A stretch of DNA of 64,000 bases from contig CAVTSR010000014.1 in the NCBI GenBank assembly GCA_963737485.1, positions 65,382 to 129,381 of the forward strand, given 5' to 3'. Of the stretch, positions 31,759-42,451 are shown piece after piece; within the stretch, counting starts at the first letter, position 1; each line of letters starts with the position of its first letter. The position numbers and the translations under genes are program-made. The DNA comes from an uncultured Alphaproteobacteria bacterium. Its GTDB lineage: Bacteria > Pseudomonadota > Alphaproteobacteria > Rhodobacterales > Rhodobacteraceae. The notes beneath the pieces were generated by a model, which saw nothing but the letters and a program-made list of their open reading frames with translations, was not told where the DNA came from and made no database searches.

Positions 31759-34700
31759 GTGCACTTCACCCGCCTGCGCCTCGTCGGGTTCAAGAGCTTC
31801 GTCGATCCCACCGAGCTCGTGATCCAGCCTGGCCTGACCGGCGTGGTCGGGCCGAACGGCTGCGGCAAGTCGAACCTGCTCGAGGCGCTGCGCTGGGTGA
31901 TGGGCGAGAACCGGCCGAGCGTCATGCGCGGCGACGGCATGGACGACGTGATCTTCAACGGCACGCGCGGCCGGCCGGCGCGCAATCACGCCGAGGTCAC
32001 GCTTACCCTCGACAACCGCGACCGTACCGCACCGGCCGCCTTCAACGAGGACGACCAGCTCGAGATCGTTCGCCGCATCACCCGCGAGGCGGGCTCGGCC
32101 TTTCGTGCCAACGGGCGCGAGGCGCGCGCCCGCGACGTCGCGATGCTCTTCGCCGACGCATCGACCGGCTCGCAATCGCCGGCACTGGTGCGTCAGGGGC
32201 AGATCTCGGAGCTGATCAACGCGCGGCCGCGGGCGCGGCGGCGGATCCTGGAGGAGGCCGCAGGCATCTCCGGCCTCTACCAGCGGCGGCACGAGGCCGA
32301 GCTGAAGCTGCGCGCGACCGAAGCCAACCTCGGGCGGGTCGCCGACGTGATCGAGGGCTTGGAATCGCAGCTCGCGAGCCTCGGGCGGCAGGCGCGGCAG
32401 GCGGCGCGCTACCGCGAGATCGCCGAGGCGCTGCGCCGCGCCGAGACGCTGCTGCTCTGGCGGCACTGGCACGACGCCGAGAGCGCGCGCGCTGCCGCCG
32501 AGGCGGCACTGACCGCGGCCCTGCGCGCCGCAGGCGCGGCGCATGCCGAGGCGGCGACGGCCGCGCGCCTGCGCGCCGAGGCCGAGGAGGCGATGCCGGC
32601 GCTGCGCGAGGAGGACGCAATCGCAGGGGCGGTATTGCAGCGGATCGTGCTGGAGCGCGACCGGCTCGACGCCGAGACTGCTGCCGCCGAACGCGAGATC
32701 GCGGCGCTCGCCGGCCGGACCGCCCAGCTTTCGGCCGACCGGGAGCGCGAAGCGGCGCTCGACCATGATGCCGAGGCGATGACCGCCGCGCTTGCCCGCG
32801 AACGGGTGGAGCTGGAAACCGAGGGTGACGGCCACGAAGGGCGGCTCGCAGCCGCCCGCGGAGCCGCCGAAGCGGCCGCCGCGACGCTCGGCGAAGTCGA
32901 GGCGGCCTTCGACGCGCGTACCGAAACGGCGGCGCGGCTGGTGGCCGAGCACGCCGCCGCCGCGCGCACGCTCGAGGATGCGCGGCGCCGCGCCGGCGAG
33001 GCGGCGCGGGGGCACGAAGCGGCACAGGCGGCGCACATGGGCGCTGCCCGCGAGCTCTCGGCCGCCGCGGGGGTTCGGGCGAGCGCGACCGTTGCTGCGG
33101 AATCGGCGGCGACCGCGGCGGAGTCCGCGGAAGCCGAGCTGGCGGCGGCGGAGGCCGAAGCGGCGACCGCGCGCAGCGCGGCCGAGGCGGCGCGCGGCCG
33201 GCTCGCCGAGGCGGCCGGCACGGCGCGGGCGCTGGAGGCGGAGGTTTCGGGGCTGGAAAAGCTCCTCGCGCGGGAGGCGCGCGCGACGAGTCCGGTGCTC
33301 GACGGGCTCAAGGTGGCGCCCGGCTTCGAGGCAGCGCTCGGCGCTGCGCTGGCCGACGACCTGACGCTGCCGCTTCTCGATGGCGACGCCGGCACCGGCT
33401 GGCGGGCACTTGGCGAGGCGCCGTCCGAGCGGTTGCCGGGCGAGGCGACGCCGCTCGCTGCCCATGTCGAGGCGCCGGCGGCGCTGGCGCGGCGGCTCGC
33501 GGCGATCGGGGTCGTGGCACCCGTCGACGGGGCGCGGCTGCAATCGTCGCTGGCGCCGGGGCAGCGGCTGGTCAGCCGCGAGGGCGATCTCTGGCGCTGG
33601 GACGGACTGACCGTGGCAGCCGGCAGCGCGGGATCGGCGGCGACGCTGCGGCTACAGCAGCGGAACCGGCTCGAGGCGATCCGCGCCAGCCTCGCCGCGG
33701 CCGTGATGGCGCACGACGCGGCGACCAAGGCAGAGGCGGAGGCCGGCCGGCGGCTCGCCGCCCGGGCGGCGGCCGAAGCGGCGGCTCGAAACGCGCGGCG
33801 GACGACCGAGGCGGCGGCGGCGGAGACGGCGCGCGCCCGGGGGCGAGCGGAAACCGCACTGGAGGGGCTAGAGGCGCGGGTCGCCGGTCTGGCTGCCGGG
33901 GCGGCGCGCCGCGGGGACGAAGCGAAGGCGACCCGCGCCGCCCTTGCTGCGGCGGAGGCCGAGGCGGCAGCGCTCGACGACCCGGCGGCGGCGAAGGCAG
34001 CGGTCGAGGCGGAGCGAGTGCGGCTCGAGGCGGCACGGATCACCATGCTGACTAGGCGCGCTGAGGCCGAGGAGATCGAGCGGGCCGGGACCGCGCGCGC
34101 GCGCCGGCTCGCCGAGATCGAGCGCGAGACCGCGAGCTGGCACGCCCGCCGCGCTTCGGCCACCGGACGGCTGGCGGACCTCGACCGACGCGCGGCCGAA
34201 ACCGCGGCGGAAGCCGAGGCCGCGGCCACCCGGCCACCGGCGCTGAAGGCGCGTCGATCCGAGCTGGACGCCGCCGCGGCAGAGGCGGAAGGACGCCGAC
34301 GGCGCGGCGCGGATGCGCTGGCAGCCGCGGAGATCGAGCTGCGCAGCCGCGACGCGGCGGCGCGGGCGACGGAGCGGGCGGCAGGCGAGGCGCGCGAGGC
34401 CCGCGCCCGCACCGAGGCACTGGCCGAGGCGGCGACCGCGGCAGCGGAGGCGAGCGTCGAGCGGGTGCGGGCGGAGGGCGGCACCGAGCCGGAGCAGCTT
34501 CTCGCGCGGACGGGGGCGAGCGGCGATCAGGTTCCGGCGGCGGCCGTGCTCGAAGCCGAGGCCGACCGGCTGCGACGGGCGCGGGACGGCCTGGGGCCGG
34601 TCAATCTGCGCGCCGAGGAGGACGCGCGCGAAATTCGCGAGGAATCCGAGACGCTCGCCCGCGAGCGCGACGACCTCGACGAGGCGATCCGCAAGCTGCG

Positions 34701-35220
34701 GCATGGGATCTCGACGCTGAACCGCGAGGGGCGCGGCCGGCTGCTGGCGGCCTTCGACGAGGTGAACCGCAATTTCTCCGAGCTCTTCAAGCACCTCTTC
34801 GGCGGCGGAGAGGCTAGCCTCGTGCTGGTCGAGAGCGACGATCCGCTGGAGGCGGGGCTCGAGATCATGTGCCAGCCGCCGGGCAAGAAGCTCTCGACGC
34901 TGTCGCTGCTCTCGGGCGGCGAGCAGACGCTGACCGCGCTCAGCCTGATCTTCGCGGTCTTTCTCGCGAGACCCTCGCCGATCTGCGTGCTCGACGAGGT
35001 CGACGCGCCGCTCGACGACGCCAACGTCGGCCGCTTCTGCGACCTGCTCGACGGGATGATCGAGCGCACCGACACCCGCTTCCTGATCATCACCCACCAT
35101 GCGGTGACGATGTCGCGGATGGAGCGGCTGTTCGGGGTGACGATGGGCGAACAGGGAGTGAGCCAGCTGGTCTCGGTGGACCTCGCCGCCGCCGAGCGGA
35201 TCATCGAGACCGCGGAATAG
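31759..35220 (+). CDS. smc: Chromosome segregation protein SMC
   Basis: FTRLRLVGFKSF, GPNGCGKSN, long coiled coils with a hinge, LSGGEQ, VLDEVDAPLD. Confidence 0.97.
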   Translation: MHFTRLRLVGFKSFVDPTELVIQPGLTGVVGPNGCGKSNLLEALRWVMGENRPSVMRGDGMDDVIFNGTRGRPARNHAEVTLTLDNRDRTAPAAFNEDDQLEIVRRITREAGSAFRANGREARARDVAMLFADASTGSQSPALVRQGQISELINARPRARRRILEEAAGISGLYQRRHEAELKLRATEANLGRVADVIEGLESQLASLGRQARQAARYREIAEALRRAETLLLWRHWHDAESARAAAEAALTAALRAAGAAHAEAATAARLRAEAEEAMPALREEDAIAGAVLQRIVLERDRLDAETAAAEREIAALAGRTAQLSADREREAALDHDAEAMTAALARERVELETEGDGHEGRLAAARGAAEAAAATLGEVEAAFDARTETAARLVAEHAAAARTLEDARRRAGEAARGHEAAQAAHMGAARELSAAAGVRASATVAAESAATAAESAEAELAAAEAEAATARSAAEAARGRLAEAAGTARALEAEVSGLEKLLAREARATSPVLDGLKVAPGFEAALGAALADDLTLPLLDGDAGTGWRALGEAPSERLPGEATPLAAHVEAPAALARRLAAIGVVAPVDGARLQSSLAPGQRLVSREGDLWRWDGLTVAAGSAGSAATLRLQQRNRLEAIRASLAAAVMAHDAATKAEAEAGRRLAARAAAEAAARNARRTTEAAAAETARARGRAETALEGLEARVAGLAAGAARRGDEAKATRAALAAAEAEAAALDDPAAAKAAVEAERVRLEAARITMLTRRAEAEEIERAGTARARRLAEIERETASWHARRASATGRLADLDRRAAETAAEAEAAATRPPALKARRSELDAAAAEAEGRRRRGADALAAAEIELRSRDAAARATERAAGEAREARARTEALAEAATAAAEASVERVRAEGGTEPEQLLARTGASGDQVPAAAVLEAEADRLRRARDGLGPVNLRAEEDAREIREESETLARERDDLDEAIRKLRHGISTLNREGRGRLLAAFDEVNRNFSELFKHLFGGGEASLVLVESDDPLEAGLEIMCQPPGKKLSTLSLLSGGEQTLTALSLIFAVFLARPSPICVLDEVDAPLDDANVGRFCDLLDGMIERTDTRFLIITHHAVTMSRMERLFGVTMGEQGVSQLVSVDLAAAERIIETAE

Positions 35221-35233
35221 TGCGGGCTTTCGC

Positions 35234-35578
35234 TCAGTCCGCGTCCGGGCCGAGTGCCATCGCCACCAGGCGTTCGAGCGCGTCGTAGTCCTCGGCGTCG
35301 AAGCCGCCAGCCCCCTGCAGCCAGAGCCCGGCAGCGCGCAGGCTGTCCGGCAGCACACGGCAGGTGACGTGGCGCCCCGAGCGCAGCTGTGTCACCAACC
35401 CCGCGCGAACCAGGAAGGCGATGTGCTTGGAGATCGCCGCGAGCGACATCTCGAACGGCGCAGCGAGCTCTCCGACGGTGCGGTCGCCGGCGAAGAGCTC
35501 GGTCACGATGGCGCGTCGGGTGGGGTCAGCCAATGCCGCGAAAGTTAGGTCGAGATCGCCGCCGACACGCTGCTCCAT
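35234..35578 (-). CDS. ArsR/SmtB-family regulator
   Basis: FAALADPTRRAIV, SLAAISKH, AGLVTQLRSGR. Confidence 0.9.
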   Translation of the reverse strand: MEQRVGGDLDLTFAALADPTRRAIVTELFAGDRTVGELAAPFEMSLAAISKHIAFLVRAGLVTQLRSGRHVTCRVLPDSLRAAGLWLQGAGGFDAEDYDALERLVAMALGPDAD

Positions 35579-35747
35579 GCGCCATTGGCTACCGCGTCTG
35601 CCGGGAAAGTCAACCAATCGGTTGAGAATTGGGCCGCCTGTCGACCGCGACCCGACAATGAGGTAGCGCGCCGAGAGCCGTGGTCGCTCAACGCATAAGG
35701 GGTGCCTTTTCAGTGACTTGTCTGAAGCCAGCCCCCGGCGCTTTCGC

Positions 35748-35777
35748 TTGACAGTTGCGGGCGCTTTCCATTACCAC
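35748..35777 (+). promoter_or_regulatory. Possible sigma70-like promoter of the atpIBEF'F operon
   Basis: TTGACA at 35748-35753, about 60 nt upstream of atpI; the -10 match is weak. Confidence 0.35.
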
Positions 35778-35815
35778 CCTTGCAGTCACGCCCGCGTGGG
35801 AAGGGGCTTGCGGCG

Positions 35816-36151
35816 ATGGCGGAAGAGGCGTTTTCCGAACGGCTGAAGCGGCTGGAGGATAGGATCGCAGCCGCCAAGGCCCGGCAGGAGCCGACGCGGG
35901 TGGGCCACGGGGAGATGACCCAGGGCTCGATCGCCTGGCGGATGGTAATCGAACTGGTCGTGGGGATGGTCCTCGGACTGGCGATCGGCTGGGGGCTCGA
36001 CGCGCTCTTCGGGACGCGGCCGGTCTTTCTGGTGTTATTTACGCTCCTCGGCTTCGGCGCCGGCGTGCGCACGATGCTTCGGACGGCAGCCGACCTGCAG
36101 TCCGGCCGGGGTGAGGCGGCGCTGATGCGCCGCGGCGATGACGAAGCCTAG
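35816..36151 (+). CDS. atpI: ATP synthase protein I (AtpZ/AtpI)
   Basis: AWRMVIELVVG...GWGLDALFGTRP.FLVLFTLLGFGAGV; first gene of the F0 operon. Confidence 0.92.
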   Translation: MAEEAFSERLKRLEDRIAAAKARQEPTRVGHGEMTQGSIAWRMVIELVVGMVLGLAIGWGLDALFGTRPVFLVLFTLLGFGAGVRTMLRTAADLQSGRGEAALMRRGDDEA

Positions 36152-36166
36152 GGACGAGGGCACGAG

Positions 36167-36919
36167 ATGGCGGAAGCAGGCGGCGGCGGGCTCAACATCC
36201 ACCCGATGGAGCAGTTCGAGGTCCACCCGCTGTTCGGAGACGGGGCGGTGCACTGGTACACGCCGTCCAACGCCACGCTCTGGATGGCGCTGGTGGTGAT
36301 CGGGATGAGCCTGCTGATGGTGTATGGCGCGCGTGGGCGCGCGCTGGTGCCCACGCGGATGCAGTCGGTCGCGGAGTCGATCTACGGCTTCGGCTACAAG
36401 ATGATCGAGGACGTCGCCGGAAAGCAGGGGACGAAGTACTTCCCCTACATCATGACGCTGTTTCTCTTCATCCTGGGCGCCAACGTGCTGGCGCTGATCC
36501 CGGGCAGTTTCGCCTCGACCTCGCACGTCGCGGTGACCGGGCTGCTGGCGCTCGCGGTCTTCATCAGCGTCACGGTAATCGGCTTCATGAAGCACGGGAT
36601 GCATTTCCTGAATCTCTTCTGGGTGGCGAGCGCGCCGACGGTGGCGCTGCGGATCGTGCTGGCGGCGATCGAGGTGATCTCCTACTTCGTCCGCCCGCTC
36701 AGCCACTCGGTCCGGCTTGCCGGCAACATGATGGCCGGCCACGCGGTCTTGAAGGTCTTCGCGGGCTTCGCCGCCGTGCTCGGCGTCGGCGCCTTCGTCC
36801 CGATCCTGGCGATCACAGCGATGTACGGCCTCGAGCTGATGGTGGCGGTGATCCAGGCGTACGTCTTCGCGATCCTGACCTGCGTCTACCTGAACGACGC
36901 GCTTCATCCCGGCCATTGA
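36167..36919 (+). CDS. atpB: F0F1 ATP synthase subunit a
   Basis: [46 protein letters not shown]. Confidence 0.97.
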   Translation: MAEAGGGGLNIHPMEQFEVHPLFGDGAVHWYTPSNATLWMALVVIGMSLLMVYGARGRALVPTRMQSVAESIYGFGYKMIEDVAGKQGTKYFPYIMTLFLFILGANVLALIPGSFASTSHVAVTGLLALAVFISVTVIGFMKHGMHFLNLFWVASAPTVALRIVLAAIEVISYFVRPLSHSVRLAGNMMAGHAVLKVFAGFAAVLGVGAFVPILAITAMYGLELMVAVIQAYVFAILTCVYLNDALHPGH

Positions 36920-36982
36920 CACCCGGCCGACGACGACGGCCGAAGGGCCATCCCGACAGACACCCTCGATAGGAGAAAGACC

Positions 36983-37219
36983 ATGGAAGGCAACATCGCA
37001 AACATGGGCCAGTTCATCGGCGCGGGCCTCGCCTGCGTCGGCATGGGCGGCGCCGGCATCGGCGTGGGCCTCGTCGCCGGCAACTTCCTCGCCGGCGCGC
37101 TGCGCAATCCCGCAGCGGCGGGCGAGCAGACCGCGACGCTCTTCATCGGCATCGCCTTCGCCGAAGCGCTGGGCATCTTCTCGTTCCTGGTTGCGCTGCT
37201 GCTGATGTTTGCGGTCTGA
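36983..37219 (+). CDS. atpE: F0F1 ATP synthase subunit c
   Basis: GAGIGVG glycine zipper, [13 protein letters not shown]. Confidence 0.97.
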   Translation: MEGNIANMGQFIGAGLACVGMGGAGIGVGLVAGNFLAGALRNPAAAGEQTATLFIGIAFAEALGIFSFLVALLLMFAV

Positions 37220-37284
37220 TCCGCAGGACAGACAGCGCCGCGCAAATCGCGGGCCGAATTGGTCCGCCGAAGACGGAGTGAGGG

Positions 37285-37896
37285 ATGGCGAGCGAAAACG
37301 CCTTGATCGTGATCGCGCAGGCCGACGCCGGCCATACGGACGCCATGGTGGCCGGCGGGGAGACTTCTGCCGACACCGGAACCGCCAACCTCGAGCATGC
37401 CGAAAGCGGTATGCCGCAGCTCGACCCGGCCATCTTTCCCAACCTGATCTTCTGGCTGGTCGTCGCGCTCTTCGCCCTCTACTGGGTGCTGAGCCGGGTG
37501 GCGCTGCCGCGGATCGGGACGGTGATCGGCGAGCGCAACGACGCGATCGCCAACGACATCGAGCAGGCCGCGGCGCTCAAGCGGCGGGCCGAGGAGGCCG
37601 AGGCGGCGTACAACGCCGCGCTCGCCCAGGCGCGCGACGAGGCGCACAAGATCGCGGCCGAAGCCCGGGCGCAGATCGACAAGCAGCTCGCCGGGCTGAT
37701 GGCGAAGGCCGACGAGGACATCGCCGCCCGCACCGCTGAATCGGAGCAGCGCATCGGCGAGATCCGCGCGAGCGCCGCCGAGAGCATCTCCGAGGTCGCG
37801 CGCGACACCGCCGCGGCGATCGTCGAGCGGCTGATGCCCGACCTGGCCGACCGGGCGGCCAGCGATGCCGCAGTCGCCGAGCTGCAGAAGGGGTGA
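37285..37896 (+). CDS. F0F1 ATP synthase subunit b'
   Basis: GMPQLDPAIFPNLIFWLVV..., coiled coil; lies between atpE and atpF. Confidence 0.93.
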   Translation: MASENALIVIAQADAGHTDAMVAGGETSADTGTANLEHAESGMPQLDPAIFPNLIFWLVVALFALYWVLSRVALPRIGTVIGERNDAIANDIEQAAALKRRAEEAEAAYNAALAQARDEAHKIAAEARAQIDKQLAGLMAKADEDIAARTAESEQRIGEIRASAAESISEVARDTAAAIVERLMPDLADRAASDAAVAELQKG

Positions 37897-37900
37897 CGCG

Positions 37901-38392
37901 ATGGGCTTCCTGAACAACACCGAGATCGTCGTCGGCATCGGATTTCTGATCTTTCTCGGCATCCTCGTCTACTACAGGGTGCCGCATCTGATCGCGGGCA
38001 AGCTCGACGAGCGGGCGCTGCGCATCAAGGCCGAGCTCGACGAAGCGCGGGCGCTGCGCGACGAGGCGCAGACGCTCCTCGCCGGCTACGAGAGGCGGCA
38101 GAAGGAGGTCCGGGCGCAGGCGGAGGAGATCGTCGTCGCCGCCCGGCACGAGGCCGAGCGCGCGGCGGAGCAGGCGAAGGAAGACATTCGGCAGTCGGTG
38201 CAGCGGCGGATGCAGACCGCGACCGAGCAGATCGCCGCCGCGGAGCAGGCTGCGGTCCGGCAGATTCGTGACGAGGCGGTGAACCTCGCGGTCGCCGCCG
38301 CCGGGGAAGTGCTGCGCGCACAGACCAAGGCGGCCGACGCGAACCGGCTGATCGAGTCGGCGATCAAGGAAGTCGGCGACAAGCTGCACTGA
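37901..38392 (+). CDS. atpF: F0F1 ATP synthase subunit b
   Basis: N-terminal TM, LDERALRIKAELDEA coiled coil. Confidence 0.93.
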   Translation: MGFLNNTEIVVGIGFLIFLGILVYYRVPHLIAGKLDERALRIKAELDEARALRDEAQTLLAGYERRQKEVRAQAEEIVVAARHEAERAAEQAKEDIRQSVQRRMQTATEQIAAAEQAAVRQIRDEAVNLAVAAAGEVLRAQTKAADANRLIESAIKEVGDKLH

Positions 38393-38472
38393 CGGAACCC
38401 GGAGGTGGGCGCGCCCGTTGGGCGCGCTGGATGCCTGGCGCAATCGCGCCGGTCCCTTTCCGCGGGAGGACG

Positions 38473-38808
38473 ATGATGGCGGCAGTCGAAGCCCGCAAGG
38501 CGCAGCTCGAGACCCGTCTCAGCGAGCTACAGGCGCGAATCTCGCGCATCGAAGGCGAGCTTGAGCAACCGGTCAGCGACCGCTTCGGCGAGCAGGCGAT
38601 CGAGCGCGAGGGCGAAGAGGTGCTCGAGGATCTCGGCGCCGCCGGCTTGCGCGAGGTGCGGATGATCGAGGCGGCGCTCGACCGCCTCGCCAGCGGCAGC
38701 TACGGCACCTGCGCGCGCTGTGGCGATCCGATCGCCGAGGAGCGGCTCGATGCGCTGCCCGCCACCCCGGTCTGCGCCGATTGCGCGAGCGGACGCTCCC
38801 CCTCCTGA
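38473..38808 (+). CDS. TraR/DksA C4-type zinc finger protein
   Basis: YGTCARCGDPIAEERLDALPATPVCADC. Confidence 0.9.
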   Translation: MMAAVEARKAQLETRLSELQARISRIEGELEQPVSDRFGEQAIEREGEEVLEDLGAAGLREVRMIEAALDRLASGSYGTCARCGDPIAEERLDALPATPVCADCASGRSPS

Positions 38809-38907
38809 AAAGTCAGCGCGGGCCCCTTCCGGACCCTCGGTCGAGGGACTGGAGGGGCTCGTTCTCGTCTCTGCAGCCGCGATCCGGTCGGCGCGACCGC
38901 TTCGCCG

Positions 38908-39555
38908 TCAGGCGGGGCTCGTCGGGGTGATGATGATCTCGACGCGCCGGTTCTGCGCCCGGCCGCCCGGCGTGTCGTTGCTCGCGACTGGCTGATTGAA
39001 GCCGACGCCGGAGGCCGTTACCCGCATCGAGGCGACGCCGTTCTCGGTCAGGATCTTGGCGACCGAGCTGGCGCGGCGTTCGCTGAGCCCCTGGTTGTGT
39101 TCGGCGCTGCCGGTGTTGTCGGTATGGCCGACCACCTGGACGTTGGACGCCGGGTTGTCGCGCAGGCTGCGTGCGACGAAGGCGATCTCGTCGACGTAGT
39201 CGGCATGAACCACGGCGCTGTCCACGTCGAAGGTGATCGACTCGGGCAGCGTCACCACCAGCTGGCTGCCGGTGTTGGTGACGGTCGCGCCGCTGCCGGA
39301 CAGCCCGTCCTCGAGCTGCTTTTGCTGGCGGTCGAGCGTCGCGCCGATCGCAGCGCCGGCCATGCTGCCAAGCGCGCCGCCGACCAGCGTGCCGGTGGTG
39401 CCGCCGCCGTCGATCGCGCGCCCGATCAGCGCGCCGGCGCCGGCGCCGAGCAGCCCGCCGGTGGCGGTGCGGTTGCTGCTGCCGTCCAAATTCGTGCACC
39501 CCGCCATCGCGGCACAGGTGGTCGCCAGGAAAAGGATCCTGCCCGTCTTGCTCAT
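38908..39555 (-). CDS. OmpA-family lipoprotein (YiaD-like, glycine zipper)
   Basis: Lipobox MAGC, glycine zipper, GHTDNTG, LSERRA, RAQNRRVEI. Confidence 0.94.
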   Translation of the reverse strand: MSKTGRILFLATTCAAMAGCTNLDGSSNRTATGGLLGAGAGALIGRAIDGGGTTGTLVGGALGSMAGAAIGATLDRQQKQLEDGLSGSGATVTNTGSQLVVTLPESITFDVDSAVVHADYVDEIAFVARSLRDNPASNVQVVGHTDNTGSAEHNQGLSERRASSVAKILTENGVASMRVTASGVGFNQPVASNDTPGGRAQNRRVEIIITPTSPA

Positions 39556-39839
39556 GTCAGCCTCGCTCGTTCGTTTTTTTGTCTTGCCGGGCTCAATACC
39601 ACACGACGCGGCGTTTGCGAATCGGCTTTTTTTCCGGCCGGCCGCGATCGCGACGATCCGGCAACGAAGCTTTGCCGCGACCTCGGCCTACGCGCTGTGC
39701 CGGGCGGCGGGGCGACCAGGGGCGGCATGATCTGCTCGCACTGCTCGCGTGCGAGCAGATGGGTAAGTGGCTGTAATATCTACATAAAATGTTTTGCCGT
39801 TAACCACATTTCAATGGGTTCCGACATTTGCGCGCCGTT

Positions 39840-40910
39840 TCAGCAGCCGCCCAGACGGGCGCAGATGCGCTGGTGGTAGAGCTGGTTGGCGTCGTCCGAG
39901 GCGGGGTCGGCGGCCCCTTCCCGGACCTCGGTTCCATCCGGCTTGCGGCAGGTGAAGGCATAGCTCGGGTCGATCCCGTCGAGCAGGCAGGGCGAGATCT
40001 GCCAGCCGTCGGGGAGCGCGGTGAGATCGGCGGCGCTCCACTTCGGGTGGCCGGCCGCCCGCAGCTCGTCGAGGCGGGTGACGACGAGGTGTCCGAGGTC
40101 GGCCACGAACTGGCAGCTCGCCGCCTGGTAGCTGTTGGCGCGGGGGTCGAAGTCGAAGGTCACGAGGTAGGTGGGCACGGCGACAACCGGCACGGACTCC
40201 GGCGCGAAGGAATAGGTGCCGGCGGCGATCTCGGCAGGTCCGTAGGCGGCCGTCAGCGCCGGGACGGTCAGCGGCAAGAGGTGGAAGGCCGCCGGGTCGA
40301 GCCCGGCGGACACCAGGCGCGCGTCGGGCGCGCCGGCGACCTCGATGACGGCGTCGACGTCGCCGGCGCGCAGCGCATCGAGCGCCGCGTCCGGCGCCAG
40401 CGGCAGCCGTTCCGAAGGCTCGACCTGCGCGAGATCGAGGATCAGGCCGGCGGTGATCTGGGTGCCGCTGTCGGGGAGGCCTGTCGCCACCCGCTTGCCG
40501 GTGAGATCGGTGAGCGTCGCGACGTCGTGGCGGGCGATCACGTGCACTTCTTCGGAGAAGAGCGGGAAGACCACCCGCACCCCACGCGCCGGCCGGCGCA
40601 GGTCGGGGTCGTCCGCCTGGAAGGTGCGGAAGTATTCGAGCACGTCGCCCTGCACGATGCCGAGCTGGGTGGCGCGGCGGTCGCGGACCGCGCGCATGTT
40701 CTCGATCGAACCCGCGCTCTCGCGCACCGTCAGGTCGAGGCCGCAGCTCGCGGCCAGCGCGGCGAGGTCCTGGCCGGCACGCAGCTCGGTGCTGCCCGCG
40801 GGGCCTGCGACGAGGTTGGTGGCGACGGACTGCGCGAAAGCCGGCAGGGCGGCCAGAGCGACGGTCAGCGCGAGGACCGGGGCCAGCAGCCGGCGGGCGG
40901 GGATCAGCAT
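39840..40910 (-). CDS. TAXI-family solute-binding protein with Cys-rich C-terminal extension
   Basis: Signal peptide; ESAGSIEN, LGIVQGDV, LFSEEVHVIAR, DLTGKRVATG..SGT; ends RICARLGGC. Confidence 0.88.
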   Translation of the reverse strand: MLIPARRLLAPVLALTVALAALPAFAQSVATNLVAGPAGSTELRAGQDLAALAASCGLDLTVRESAGSIENMRAVRDRRATQLGIVQGDVLEYFRTFQADDPDLRRPARGVRVVFPLFSEEVHVIARHDVATLTDLTGKRVATGLPDSGTQITAGLILDLAQVEPSERLPLAPDAALDALRAGDVDAVIEVAGAPDARLVSAGLDPAAFHLLPLTVPALTAAYGPAEIAAGTYSFAPESVPVVAVPTYLVTFDFDPRANSYQAASCQFVADLGHLVVTRLDELRAAGHPKWSAADLTALPDGWQISPCLLDGIDPSYAFTCRKPDGTEVREGAADPASDDANQLYHQRICARLGGC

Positions 40911-42446
40911 CCGCCAAGCCCCCGTACCAGCGCCGCCGCGGTCAGCCGGTTGATCGTGCCGACGGCGGAGGTCAGGGCGTCGGTGACGCAGGCACCCCGC
41001 TCGAGGTCCGCAATCAGCGCGGCGCGCGCTTCGGGGCTCGCCCCGGCAAGCCCGGGCGCGGTGCCGACCGCCGCCGAGACAGCCTCGGGCGACCGCACGT
41101 CTGCGGCTTCGGCGCTGGCGGCCATTGCGGCGGGCGGCGGTGCGGTGGGCGGTGCGGCGGCGGGCCTGGCGGGCGGCCGCCAGCGCCGCTTCCTCGGCGC
41201 GCGCGGCGCTGATCCGGGCCTCGACCGCCGCCAGCGCCTCGGTGGCGGTCTGGCGGTCGGCCTCGGCCCTCGCCGCGTCTGCCAGCCGGCCATCGCGGCT
41301 GCGGGTGGCCTGGTCGGCCGCCTGGCGCAGCGCCGTGACCCGATCGGCGAGCTTGGCGGCCTCCGCCTCGGCAGCCTCTGCCGCCGCCTCGGCCGCGGCC
41401 TGCCGGGTCGCGGCGGCGGAAAGCGCGCGCGTCCGCTCGTCCTGGCTGCCCTCGGCCTCGACGAGCCCCTTCTGCAGTGCGGCGAGCCGGCTCTCGGCGG
41501 TGTCGGCGGCGGTCTGCGCCGTCTGGCGGCGGGCCTCCGCCGCCCGCGTCGCGGTCTCGGCCGAAGCCTGGGCCGACGCGGCCTCGGCCGCCTTCCGGTC
41601 GAGTTCGGCGGCGTGCGTCTCCGCCGCGGCGGCCGCCTTTTCGGCGGCATCCTGCCGCGCCTTCGCCTTCTCCGCCGCCGCCTCGGCCGCCGCCTGCCGC
41701 GCCTCGGCGGCATCGGCCGCCTTGGTCGCCGCGGCCTCGGCCGCCGCAGCGTCGCTCGCCCTGGCGTCGGCCGCCTCGCGCGCCTCTTGCGCTGCCTTCT
41801 CGTCCGCGGCGCGCCGGGCCGCGACCGTCGCGGCTTCGGCGGCGGCCGTGTCGCGATCGGCCTCGGCCGCGGCGATGGCGGACTTGAGCCGGGCCAGTTC
41901 GGCCTCGCCTGCATCCGCGTCGCGCCGGAGGTCGGCAAGCCGTGCCTCGGCCGCCGCCGCGGCGCGCTCGGCGTCTTCCCTGCGCGCGACCGCGGTCTGG
42001 TCCGCCGTGCCGGCGGCGGCTTCGGTCTGGGCCGCCGCCTGGCGCTCGGTCTCGAGCCGTTTCAACTCGTCCCGCTGCCGGCCGATCTCGGCGGCCAGCG
42101 AATCGCGCTGCCGTTCGGCGGCTTGCAAGGCGGTCTTGGCGGTGTCGGCCTCGTCGGTCGCGGCGCGAGCGGCGGCCGACAGCGCGTCGAGCGCCGCTTT
42201 GGCAGCGGCGACGCGGTCGGCCGCGGCCGCGGCGGCCGCCTCCAGCGTCTCGCGCTTTTCCTCGAGCTCGGCGACCTCGGCCTGCACCGCTGCGATGTAC
42301 TCGCGGCCGGATCCGGCGATGGCGGTCTCGTCGGCCTCCGCGCCCGAGCCGGCCCCCAACCCGGCGAGGCCGAGCACGAGGCTTCCGATCAGGAGCGGCG
42401 CCGGGCCGCGCCGCCGGCCGGCGGGACGGCGATCGAGGGACTGCAC
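40904..42446 (-). CDS. Exported Ala-rich coiled-coil protein (frameshift at about 41170)
   Basis: GTG start, signal-peptide-like RRRGPAPLLIGSLVLGLAGLGAGSGAEA, about 400 aa of A/E/R/K heptads, small C-terminal domain GACVTDAL...INR...VRGLGGC in ORF 40904-41938. Confidence 0.75.
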
Positions 42447-42451
42447 GGCTG

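Noticed and set aside
32400-34600. Extreme Ala richness of the SMC arms as a separate repeat protein
   Set aside because: It is one continuous ORF with both ATPase halves and normal SMC length; the bias reflects GC pressure on coiled coils.
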